Positions 43,781 to 55,510 of a stretch of DNA of 64,000 nt are shown here, in pieces. The notes below the pieces were generated by a model. The model saw only the letters and a list, made by a program, of their open reading frames with translations, was not told the origin of the DNA and ran no database searches. The position numbers and the translations under genes are program-made. Within the stretch, counting starts at the first letter, position 1. Each line of letters opens with the position of its first letter. The DNA is from Octopus vulgaris (taxonomy: Eukaryota): NCBI GenBank assembly GCA_951406725.2, contig OX597828.1, forward strand, positions 32,488,001 to 32,552,000. The letters run 5' to 3'.

Positions 43781-44336
43781 GAACAAGTGTTTAGTGGCGC
43801 CATCTCTAGACGCGCAGCTATTCTTTGCTGATGAAGAGAAATAACCCAGAAAGAATTGGTACGCATATATTGCTCTGAACTGAGTGGGAACGCTGGATTC
43901 CTTTGTTCGAAAATATAAAGACGCAGATAGTGTGTCGTATAGCCAGCTGGAGACGTTGTTGGCTTGGATCAAATAACAGTAGCAATCATCCTAAGCAGGA
44001 CTGCCACATTATATTGGCAAATAATCTTTACTCTAGAGTAATGTTACTGAATGTCGCTCCTTTAGAGATTTAGAAATAATAAGTTCCTGTTTATTTGATC
44101 AGTGACTGTGTGTCACTTTGAAGATATATATATATATTTTGAAACAAGTGTTTAGTGGTGCCATCTCTCGCCGAGCTGTTATTCTGTGTTGATGAGGGGA
44201 AATAACCCAGAAAGCATTGGTGCGCAGATATTGCTCTCAGCTGAGTAGGCACTCTAGATTCCCTTTTTCGAAAATATAAGGACGCAGATAGTGTGTCGTA
44301 TAGCCAGCTGCAGCCGATGTTTCCCGGGTCTAAATA
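43781..44336. repeat. Diverged ~195-bp direct duplication (43781-43976 and 44142-44336)
   Basis: Shared blocks AACAAGTGTTTAGTGG.GCCATCTCT, GAAATAACCCAGAAAG and TTCGAAAATATAA.GACGCAGATAGTGTGTCGTATAGCCAGCTG. Confidence 0.9.
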
Positions 44337-46022
44337 AGGATTATATCTACGAGCATTATCTAAAATAATACATGTTTACGACGCACGTACGGCAACGCAT
44401 GCTCACTGATATACAGTAACCGCCCGGAGTTAGCTGCAACATACTTATACATATGAGACCAAATGAACTTCTTTCTTCATAACTCTAAGAAAAATAGATA
44501 TTTAATGAAATTTTCTAGAAATACGCTTCAGATGGTTGTAGCGTAGTTCATCGGAATTTGATGTGAAATAAAGTTTCCCATAAAACATATGGTGTGTGTC
44601 ACTTTGTACGTGTACTTTCCCACTAACTTTTATTTTCCTATTAATTTCCGATAGTATCTTTATTTACGCTTTCTGAAATATATTTGTCAAAATCATTTAA
44701 AAGACCCATTTTTATCAAAAGTTATACGGAAACGACGCGCGTGAATCTTATGAAACTCCTCTCCCCACAAAATTTCAGAACAAATTTCTTTTTTTTTTCT
44801 GGAAGTTATGAGAAAACAAATTCGGTGGGGCGCATTTGTGTATGTATGTCCATTGAATTAACATAAATATTGCTAGGATTTCATTGCTATTATGCATCCA
44901 CATATCAGTTCGTTTCGCTTCAATTTAATTCTTATATTTAGCAATATATAAACGCGTACGTGTATGTTATATACAAACAAAAAGTATACTTCTTTCGTTA
45001 TGTTTGCAACAGAAGTGCGACACTAATGTGAATAAGACGGCTTCAGTTTTCCACAGCACATAACTGTAAATATGATAGTGGTATTTACAATGATATTATG
45101 CTTAGTATCGGATAGTAACTGTATTTAAAATGCATCGTGTGTATATACATATGTATTAAAATTTGTTGGCAGCATTTAGGTTGTATTTTGTTATTGCTTT
45201 ATAAATGCTTTATAAATACGTTCTTTTAACATAATTGCATTTCATCGAATTGCCGACTTTATGGTTAGCTGTTTTGATGTTGGGGCTTCATTCATGTTAC
45301 CTATCTTGCCAGCATTCCTCCCACAGGCGTGCCATATGTATACTTACGCATATATACAATAGGAATATATGATAGAATGAAATCAAACTAATGTAAAACA
45401 CGTTAATTTATAGGTAGCGTTTTATACAGATCTCAATTTATTTAATGGTTGATAGCAATGCTAGTATTTTAGAGCAGATGGCTTTTATAAATTCTAATGT
45501 CAACTAGAGAAGTTAAAACATTCAAATATATGGAGAAGTGAAGTTCATTAGCGAAAACAGTTTAACACATGTTATTTGTTTAATCAATACATGGAAATGT
45601 GTTCAGCTCCAACCAGATTCAGACGATGTTTATTTTTGTTCTGATGTGGCCTAGAATAAGTGATAGGTGCTGCGCATAAGATATTTCTCTATTGGAGAGT
45701 TCAGTAAGGCTCAATGAACTGGACAGAGTTATAATTTCGAGGTGTTTATGTAAAGTGCTAACTACTTCTAATATGCAAATTACAAGCCCCAGTACTCTGA
45801 AGCAATTAGATTTTTCTTCTGTATATAAACAGAACGGCTGCTTGATTATCTAGCATTGGTCAAGTGATGTGGACACTTCTGATGAGAACCAATAAATATT
45901 TAAACATTATTAAGGTTGCAAAAAATTTCTTCAGTATATACTGCTTCGAACGCAGTAAACGAACGATCTTGTGCTTTTTACAAGCTTGTGAGATGGTGAA
46001 ATAAATTAATATTGCGATCAGG

Positions 46023-46101
<79 letters not shown>

Positions 46102-46129
46102 CATACGTCCCCTGCCCAATTCAAGATCA

Positions 46130-46418
46130 CAACATACATGTACACTGCAACATAATTTCTTTTCCTCAACAGGCCCTGCCCTATTTGACATTGTCCCGAG
46201 GGAGATCAAAGAGGAAAAGGATCCCATCAACTTTAAACGGAGTCTGGATAGATTCCTTCAAAGAATACCAGATAAGCCACCCATAATTGGATACAACTCA
46301 TCCAACAAGAACTCACTACTTGAACAAAACTTGACTTAAACAGGATTCGAATAATCCTATCAGGTGGTGCTATTAAGTTAGACATGGCCTGGGCCAATCT
46401 TTGGTCGAAACATATCTA

Positions 46419-46421
<3 letters not shown>
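46130..46421 (+). mobile_element. 5'-truncated CR1/L2-type LINE 3' end (ORF2 C-terminus + 3' UTR)
   Basis: Translates GPALFDIVPREIKEEKDPINFKRSLDRFLQRIPDKPPIIGYNSSNKNSLLE, matching the LFN.LP......FK..LD.FL..IPD.P....NSL end of this LINE group. It is flanked by microsatellites. Confidence 0.75.
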
Positions 46422-46458
<37 letters not shown>

Positions 46459-46823
46459 AGATTTTTGTTTGGCTCTTTTGTTTTCATCATGCAATTCCGT
46501 CATTATATATTATCTCTGTGAAATCAGAACACTTATACTGCATTATTTTGCCCTTTGCCAACATCACATATGAACATATTTCCGATATTTGTATAAGATA
46601 TTTCATCTATTACAAATACAATTATTGTTGGAAGACGAAAGTGATAGCAAGCGAATATTATTTTCGACGTCCGAATGTAATATGGAAAAAGTTTATTCAA
46701 AGATGGAAAAAGGAAATTATTTCGTATATGTTCACCTATTTCTAACAGAGTTCAAATGTTAAACTTGCTCCAGGTATCTCATGTAAACATTACAACTGTA
46801 TTCATGCATATATATGTGTGTGT

Positions 46824-46890
<67 letters not shown>

Positions 46891-48303
46891 ATTTTGCATG
46901 TACTACATCAGCTTAACTTTTAATATATTTCATTTAAACGACAAACAAGTCGTAGAAATAGAAAACATACCAGAACAGGAATATAGAGCTTGACCTCTTA
47001 GTCTATTTTTAAAGTTGATGTTTTAAGCAATTCTATGTATCTTCCGTTGAATCTTCGTCGGAATGATATGAAAAGCACCTTCTCCACCACATGTTTCAAA
47101 GTTAACCTACTTCAAACTTTTGTATTTTTATGTGTAAGAAATTTCAAGACAAGTCGCCAAAATTCTAAAGAAACGTCATACCTGATATCATTCTATTTAT
47201 GAAGTTTTAATATTCACTAAGAAGGTTTTAGCCTATAGCTACCGCTCCCTCAAAGTAAGCTTCTTTGAGAGAGCAGCATGGCAAAGGACGGGGATTTTTG
47301 TCCGTTCACTAGGAATTTAAAATCATTATCCTAGCATGCATCAGTCATCAATTGATTATAAAATCGTTCAACACAGGGAGAAAATGCCCTCATGATTTCT
47401 TTCAAAGCAGGATCAAGCTTTAACGATTAGGAAAATTCTAACGTATGAAATGCCGAAACGGCATATTTTCAATTTCAGGAGTGGTAATATAACGTTTGAA
47501 AACACAATTGCTTTGTCACATGAATACTAGATGGCACAAAGCGATATTCAGTGATATGCATTAAGAAGTAATTTCTTGATTTCATAGCTGAAAAAGCGAA
47601 GCAATTCATGGATCCGTAGCTTAGCGACGTATTAATAAAACCTATTGAATTATTATTCTATCGTAAACTCAACATCGTTTTCACTAACATAGCGATCTCT
47701 TATTCGCTGGACCAATCCACCGATCATTTTGGACATAAATACTAGATTGAAAAATCTACTTATTTAATAATATGTTTGAGATCAGAAAGTATTTCCGCTG
47801 AGACCTTTATATTCAGAGGAATCTTGCTAAGGCACGTTGCATGAGTAGTTTTATGATCAAATCAAAATAGAAAAATGTTATAATTTACTCTAGTATTGAA
47901 ATGCGTTTCATGCGTCGAAGAACACATAATGACTGGTCCGCTGCCGATTTAGGCATGAACCTGATAAAGATAAAAAAAAAAAGAATTCTCTGGCTATCAA
48001 TGTTTTTCTTTCTTTTTCTTATAAATTGTTGAGTTAAGTATACTGAACAATACGAAGCATGACGCACCATTCGCGGTTAAGAATTTTGAACACTTTCATT
48101 TCGTAATGGAAATCTTTATACACATGTTTGGCACAATTATAATTATGGTCAAGACAATATCAATGTTTCGGATTAAGCTTTGTCTCTACATACTCTGTAC
48201 TTAGCAAGCTTCAAATGGGGTATTGTTTTAAAATATAAATTCCATTTAATCATAGAAAATATGAACTACTGTAATTATACCCAAAAACTTTAAAGTTATA
48301 TAT

Positions 48304-48447
48304 AGTTCTATATTTAGGAGATGAGGAATTGTGCACATTATTTACATTATTTACATTTGAGGGACATTTGTCCTCAACTTGTTTGTTGCTAACACAACGT
48401 TTCGGCTGATATACACTCCAGCGTCATCAGGGGTCTTGGGGAAATTA
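48304..48447 (-). mobile_element. Second copy of the hammerhead-bearing PLE-like tail (family of 14769-15273)
   Basis: Aligns with 14767-14914. The minus strand of 48392-48435 reads CUGAUGA-C-GCUG[gaguguauau]CAGC-C-GAAAC-GUU-GUGU. An (AAT/GAT)n tract follows. Confidence 0.85.
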
Positions 48448-48471
48448 ATAATGATGATGATGATGATGATG

Positions 48472-48541
<70 letters not shown>

Positions 48542-48562
48542 TAATAAAAATAATGCATTGTT

Positions 48563-48617
<55 letters not shown>

Positions 48618-49610
48618 TAATAAAAATAATGCATTGTTTTGTCTGGGTGTAAAAGATGAGCTACAGCAAATATTCTGTTCAATACCACAGATTTGCGTGT
48701 CAGTGGTTTGAACTTAACCAGTTGACCCTGTCCCTTAGTGGCTGACGATATGTGCATCTCTGACCAAGAGCAAAAGCAGTGGGGGAGCATCATATCCGTG
48801 TGTTGAAAGGAATTATTAGAGGTTTGGATAATTCACCTTTGGAAACATGGGTAGTTCGTTCAACATCTTGAAAGAATCTTTATTTAGGATTCAAATGTTA
48901 TTCTCAACAAATGAATCAAGAGAGCAATACTACAATGCACTCCATCGTTGAAGTGACATCTACTGGAGAAGCCATAAGGCATTTACTTACAGAACTAATA
49001 TTTGTGATGATATACGAACATCTTTCTCGTTCATTCCGTCAAATAATCATTTTTCTAACACACCTCATCGTCTATTTGTACCAGTTAGTGTCATCCACTC
49101 ACATTATTCATTATTCACAGAGAAAATTGCACAGGTATTAAATCTCATAACAGTCTCATTCCTAATTATTTTCGGTTGGTGTATTATTAAGCTCACAGAT
49201 ATATATGTCTGAGATGGAAAAATTGATAATATTGATGTTCATTTTAATAACGTCAATACCTAGTTGTTGTTCATGCTTATTACTGCCGAATATATTATCC
49301 AACCTAACGAGAAAGTATACAAATCACAGATACGGCGTTTGTTCAAAAGACTGTATCTAGATTATATCTACGTTTGTGTATTATTGCCAACGTTGGCTTC
49401 ATGTTAAGAAAAATATCTTAATATCTTACCAATTTCTCAAACCGATCATATTGAGTAATGATGTTTGTATCCATTTTTCTTGATATAAAACCAATGATAG
49501 CCTTAATAGCGAAATAAACATATTCTGTTCAAGAATGGTGCGTTGAGCACTCATTGCCATTATTTGACATTTACACACACACATCTATCTGTCTCTATCT
49601 CTATCTATAG

Positions 49611-49687
<77 letters not shown>

Positions 49688-49720
49688 CATATACACATAT
49701 ATGTATATATCGATACATAC

Positions 49721-49753
<33 letters not shown>

Positions 49754-49779
49754 CTTATATATATATGTATATATATATA

Positions 49780-49889
<110 letters not shown>

Positions 49890-49890
49890 A

Positions 49891-49921
<31 letters not shown>

Positions 49922-50292
49922 AGCGGTGAATAAATTGTTGTTTAAATTACGCAAAAATAAAAATAACACTGACATCTCATTTTAACAGACGTAGTTACCA
50001 CTACAACGTTGACTGAATATTTGATTTTTGTCGCTTCATCTTTTGGGACTTGGTAATCCAATGGTTGTTCTGCGTATTCACCATCTGTTCACGTTGAAGT
50101 TGCCGGCGCGAGTGCCAAGCAGCACAGGATGCCGTTACCAAATTTCTGTGTGAGTGAATTACGCCATGTTACTGCTTTTCACACTGACGGTATCCAACTA
50201 AACTTAACACCCTGTGTACTCGACAAAATTATAAACAAACAATGTGCATGCGCGAAATTAAAACTATAACATGGCGATATGTAAATATAACA

Positions 50293-50476
50293 GGCGCAGG
50301 AGTGGCTGTGTGGTAAGTAGCTTGCTAACCAGCCACATGGTTCCGGGTTCAGTCACACTGCGTGGCATCTTGGGCAAGTGTCTTCTGCTATAGCCCCGTA
50401 CCGACCAATGCCTTGTGAGTGGATTTGGTAGACAGAAACTGAAAGAAGCCTGTCGTATATATATATATATATACAC

Positions 50477-50515
<39 letters not shown>

Positions 50516-50724
50516 TGTGTCTGTGTGTCTGTGTTTGTCCCCCTAGCATTGCTTGACAACCGATGCTGGTGTGTTTACGTCCCCGTCACCTAGCGGTTCG
50601 GCAAAAGAGACCGATAGAATAAGTACTGGGCTTACAAGGAATAAGTCCTGGGGTCGATTTGCTCGACTAAATGCGGTGCTCCAGCATGGCCGCAGTCAAA
50701 TGACTGAAACGAATAAAAAAAAAA
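50293..50724 (+). mobile_element. Full-length SINE family B with internal (TA)n(TG)n
   Basis: Head GGCGCAGGAGTGGCTGTGTGGTAAGTAGCTTGCT...CCGGGTTCAGTCAC, then CTTGGGCAAGTGTCTTCT, an internal microsatellite and an A-rich end. Confidence 0.9.
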
Positions 50725-50759
50725 TTTACCCTTCTCAAACTGTATGTATGTGTGTGTGT

Positions 50760-51131
50760 ATTAGATTGCGACCATGCTGCAGCACCGCATTGATGAAATT
50801 TTAGCCGAATGAATCGATAAATCGGCGCAGGATGTTTTTTAAAGCCTTGTATTTATTCTGTCGTTTACTTTTACCAAACCGCTAAGTTACAGCGACGTAA
50901 AAACAGCAAAACCGGTTGTGAAGCAATCGTGTTGGGACACATACAGACTAAGAGACATACATCGAGTTATATATACGACAGGATTCGTTCAGTTTCCGTC
51001 TCCCGAACCCACTCACAAGGCTTTGGTCGGTCTGAGGCTATAGTAGTAGACACCTGCCCAAGAAGGCACAAGTGAGGCTGAACACAGAACCGTGTAATTT
51101 GGAAGCTAACTTCTCACCCAACAGCTACGCA
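50760..51131 (-). mobile_element. Older family B SINE in inverted (tail-to-tail) orientation
   Basis: The reverse complement contains CTATAGCCTCAGACCGACCAAAGCCTTGTGAGTGG...GACGGAAACTGAA...GCGGTGCTGCAGCATGGTCGCA. Confidence 0.85.
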
Positions 51132-51166
51132 TATTTATATACATACATATATATATGTGTGTGTGT

Positions 51167-51467
51167 GTGGATGTGCAATGGCCCAGTGGTTAGAGCAGAG
51201 GACTCGCGGTCTTAGGATTGCAGTTTCGATTCCCAGACCGGACGTTGTGAGTGTTTATTGGGTGAAAACACCTAAAACTCTACGAGGCTCCGGCAGGGGG
51301 TATCCCTGCTGTACTCTTTCGCCACAACTTTCTCTCACTCTTTCTTCTGTTGGCCTGCTCGCTTAGCCAGCGGGGTGGTGTTATTTAAACGCTAAAACAA
51401 TGCGAAGCGCACTGTGACCAGCGCTGTGTAGCAAAATTTGATAGCCTGGTCGGTCGCGGTGATCACA

Positions 51468-51470
<3 letters not shown>
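51167..51470 (+). mobile_element. SINE family C head with a different 3' tail (tail type 2)
   Basis: The first ~180 bp match the head of 42673-43064 up to CCACAACTTTCTCTCACTCTT. It then continues with an unrelated tail GGCCTGCTCGCTTAGCCAGCGGGGTGG...GGTGATCACAGTGATATATA. Confidence 0.88.
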
Positions 51471-51542
<72 letters not shown>

Positions 51543-52091
51543 TGTGCGAGAGGCTGTTATATGGATTATCAAGTTAGATATATTAAATATAATATGATAG
51601 GCATGGCATAAAACACAATATATATATATATATATGTACAAACAAAGCGAAAAATTAATATTTAAGTAGAAATATATGGATATTTATATTAATAGATCCA
51701 ACGCACATAGAGTGCAATTGAATTAGACACTTTCCCTCCCTCAAATATTTGGCGTCCCTTTTCTCAACTCCACTTCATTTAAATACCTGTATTTGTGTAA
51801 GGATGTTATGCATGCTTTCAAAGTTTACATCTAAAAAAAGTGTAGAATCAAGCACTGATTAGTGTAAATATATATACTTGACACCATCGCACACACTATA
51901 TAATAATTCAAAATAATTTTCCACTGATTCAAGTTTTACATGAAAACGGGAATCAATTTTTGCTACGTGAGCGCTGTCTATAAACATTCGTGAGCATAAA
52001 TATACATGTATGTGTGTATATATATTGATATACATACATATAAATATGTTTGTATCTGTATATATATATATATACATATATATATGTATAC

Positions 52092-52124
<33 letters not shown>

Positions 52125-52130
52125 TATACA

Positions 52131-52181
<51 letters not shown>

Positions 52182-52288
52182 GCATATATATGTATGTATG
52201 TATATACATACACACATATATATACATATGGATATATATATATCTACATTCATACTCACATATATATCTTTCTCATATTCATATATAC

Positions 52289-52364
<76 letters not shown>

Positions 52365-53029
52365 TATATGTATATATGTATATTTGCATATGCGCATACC
52401 TGCATTCGTGATATGTATATGTGTATGTTTAACTTCATACAAGGCTAGATAGCAACATAGATGTTTCCTAGATAGAACACTTATTTGCAGATCTTTATAT
52501 GTTCTTTACTGAGCGAAGATGACTTTACTATACTGACTAAGTAAATAAGTTGAAGATATGTTTGGCCAACACTAATAACTTTTTTGTTGTTGATAATCGG
52601 ATAAGCATAACAGGAAAGTAACGTATTTCAAATCATTAGAGACAAACCTTATTTTGTAATTGTATTTAATCAGAATAGTTAACTGATGTTGAATAAATAT
52701 ATGCTCCCAAAAGAATATTCTTGTCAAAAATATTATCAAATGCATCTGTTTCTTTGCGACACACAATAGATACGATCATATAATTATGTCTGTCGTTTGG
52801 AGCCGAGATATGTTAAAATCGACTACGTGTGAAATATATTGACTACCTTAAAAGTCAGAGAAACTTATATAAATGAATAAAAAATTTGAAATATTTTCAA
52901 CACAAGAAAACTTGAATCAAATTATAAATACATTTCATTGAATTGTGAACGTATTATCTGCTATTTCGAAAAGCATGCGCTTGTATATTATCATTGCTAT
53001 TATTTCTCTTTATAACAGGTTTTGTTGGG

Positions 53030-53720
53030 GCTCCTGGAGTCTTGCAGATGCAACGTGATTGCTACCTGCAGCCTACGGTACCATCTATCCGTTCTTTTTT
53101 ATGTGATCTCATAATTTTCTGCTTATTCTGGCCATGCCAAGGAGGCAAAGCTTTTGCAAAAGATCTACTGGGCACTCGATTCCAATTGTCTTTGTATTCC
53201 TCCTGTTACCTTCTGATACTGTTTCTAAAGACCCAACTATAGTTGGCACTATATTCACCTTTTTCATTTTCCATAGCCAGTCTTTTTCATACTTAAGAGT
53301 CTTGTATCTATCTATTCTTTCACCTACCTTCTTGACTATTCGTGGGTCAGAGGGGCGTGCAGCACCAACTATATAATATATGTGGTGCATCTTGTCCACC
53401 AACCCGAGATCCGGTCTGTTATATTCTAGCACATGATCTATCTCGATTGGGAAATCCGAGAGGATTTTGCTAGTCTCCGACTCCACCACTCTCTGCGTCT
53501 TGCCTCTCTGTAGCCCCTTCTTTTCGCACAGTCTCCAATTTAGCACTTCCGCTACTTGATTATGCCACCACAAGTTGTGGTTTTGGGCAAGTCTACTTCA
53601 TTTGTTCGTGACATGGGCAATGGTTTCATCCGCTCTATTGCAGATGCTACACAGCGAAGATATTTGACATTCCTAAGGTTCACCCTCCAGTTCGTGGCCA
53701 AAGCTTGCTCTTTCGCTACC
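53030..53720 (-). pseudogene. 3' fragment of an R4/Dong-type non-LTR retrotransposon (CCHC knuckle + restriction-like endonuclease)
   Basis: Reads LCSICNRADETIAHVTNK*SRLAQ...WHNQVAEVLNWRLC...DFPIEIDHVLEYNRPDL...PSDPRI...ERIDRYKTL...W...VPTIVGSL...LQKLCLLG. An (AAT)n tract is adjacent at 53850-53960. Confidence 0.85.
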
Positions 53721-53872
53721 AGTATAGTACCCTCGGTCTCCTCTTCTTCTTCTTATTCTTATTCTCTTTCTTCTCCTCCTCCTTCTTCTTTTCTTCTCCT
53801 CCTCATTCTTCTTCTTCTGCATTATCATTATCATTATCATCATCATCCTCATTGTTATTATTATTATTATTG

Positions 53873-53954
<82 letters not shown>

Positions 53955-54229
53955 CATTACTGTTATTGTTATCTAAAGCAGTGTGATTCTGCTCCACGCG
54001 ATTTCAGTTTTGCGGGCTTCTAAAGAAAATACCGAATGAAACACTTTTTAAATTATGATATCTAACTCCCCACTAAATGATCTGATTGTTTTTTTTCTTT
54101 ATTCTGCCCAATCTCTCCTACAAGTACTCCAGGCTGTTTTGAACTCCACCCACAAATGTCTGGCTGACAGTTTGCAATGAAGAAACAACCAATGTTGTAC
54201 TCGCCGAAAAATATTCGAATGCCCCCAAT

Positions 54230-54740
54230 GAATTTTTTCTCCAGGCGTCTCGCGGAGAAAACTTAAATCGTTATGAAGCACATGCACAGGAAGGCCTTCT
54301 TCAACGGGAATGCATCCACTAATACATCTGCAGAGAAGGTCGACTCCAAATCCTGAAAGTACCTTTACCCGATGAAGAACATTGAGTGCTTCGAGGCAGA
54401 ATTATGGAACATCATAAAGAAGGTAAATTTTCGGCATCGTTCTAACCCCTTCTTCAAGTCTTTAAATGATTACTTGGCAAAAATTAAACAATCGACTAAT
54501 GTACGTATCTTCGAAGACAAAACAAAGAACATTTATGATAAAAGCACCTACACACACGCAAGACAGCTCAAGACTTCAAGACATAGAAGAGAACTTGCAT
54601 CCCCTCATTCAATGACGTAAATGCACAAACGAAGGTGTTAGATATTCACCTTAACATAGAGGATCGTGTTGATTGTCACGTAACTACCACAGGAACGCAT
54701 TACCTTTAAGTTCCATAAAACTTATTTCCTCTCAAAGTAC
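54230..54740 (+). pseudogene. Decayed Penelope-like ORF fragment (region N-terminal to the RT core)
   Basis: KAFF...FEAELWNIIKKVNFRHRSNPFFKSLNDYLAKIKQSTNVRIFEDKTKNIY resembles the PLE pattern WKAFF...FE.DL..I..I.F...L..D...I.....V..ADKT.N.Y. Confidence 0.65.
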
Positions 54741-55250
54741 AAATGCTGGCGCACCATACGCTGACTAACCACAACCCTTAACATAAGTTTGACCCAAACA
54801 AACTCATGCATCTACTACAACATAAAAATACAAATACAAGCTTCTATATGCACACACACTTCCTCACACGCATACACACGCATGCACTCATGTATTCACA
54901 AACAAATGCAAGATTGTACATACCACACACACCCATACTAGCTCAATAAACGAGTTCGCGCATGCACGCGTATGTAGTAGGCACCAGTGCACGCGAATCT
55001 GCACGCACTCACACAGGCATACATACACACAAGCCCACCCATACATACACGCACGCATGCAAACGCGCGTGTACACACATACACATATAATCACCGGTGT
55101 TGCTGCTGCCGCACCCAGACTCTCGTATCCAGACTCACGAATAAAGAAGCTGCTGTCGCTAAATATTCGGACCTTCTCTGACAACACTTTGTGATCCTAT
55201 GGATTCTTCCCACTTCAGTAGAAATTGATTCAATACAGAAATAATAAACT

Positions 55251-55510
55251 AAAACAATTGCAGCGTGGAAGGTGTTTGTAAGCCATTTAAGAAACACACA
55301 AAAGCTGTTCGATTCACTTCAACATTTAAGTTTAATTTGTCAAAATATTTTCGTCGCTCTAAGATCGCGACCTGTTCACTGACAAAAATCCGTGCTGCAT
55401 CCGTGCAGCACGGATTTTTGACAAATTAAACTTAAATGTTGAAGTGAATCGAACAGCTTTTGTGTGTTTCTTAAATGGCTTACAAACACCTTCCACGCTG
55501 CAATTGTTTT
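55251..55510. repeat. Perfect palindrome with asymmetric 42-bp insert
   Basis: 55251-55345 is the exact reverse complement of 55416-55510 (95/95). An inner perfect 17-bp stem (55383-55399 / 55404-55420) closes a TCCG loop. Confidence 0.95.
55336..55386 (-). ncRNA. Minimal hammerhead ribozyme motif with G3:C8 core variant
   Basis: The minus strand reads UUUGUCA-GUGAACA-G-GUCGC[gaucuuaga]GCGAC-GAAA-AUAUU-U-UGACAAA. It has a 7-bp stem I, a 5-bp stem II and a palindromic stem III. Confidence 0.6.

Noticed and set aside
43816-43846. GCUAUUC...CUGAUGA-AGA-GAAAUAAC resembling a type-III hammerhead
   Set aside because: There is no room for stems I and II, and the second copy has UUGAUGA.
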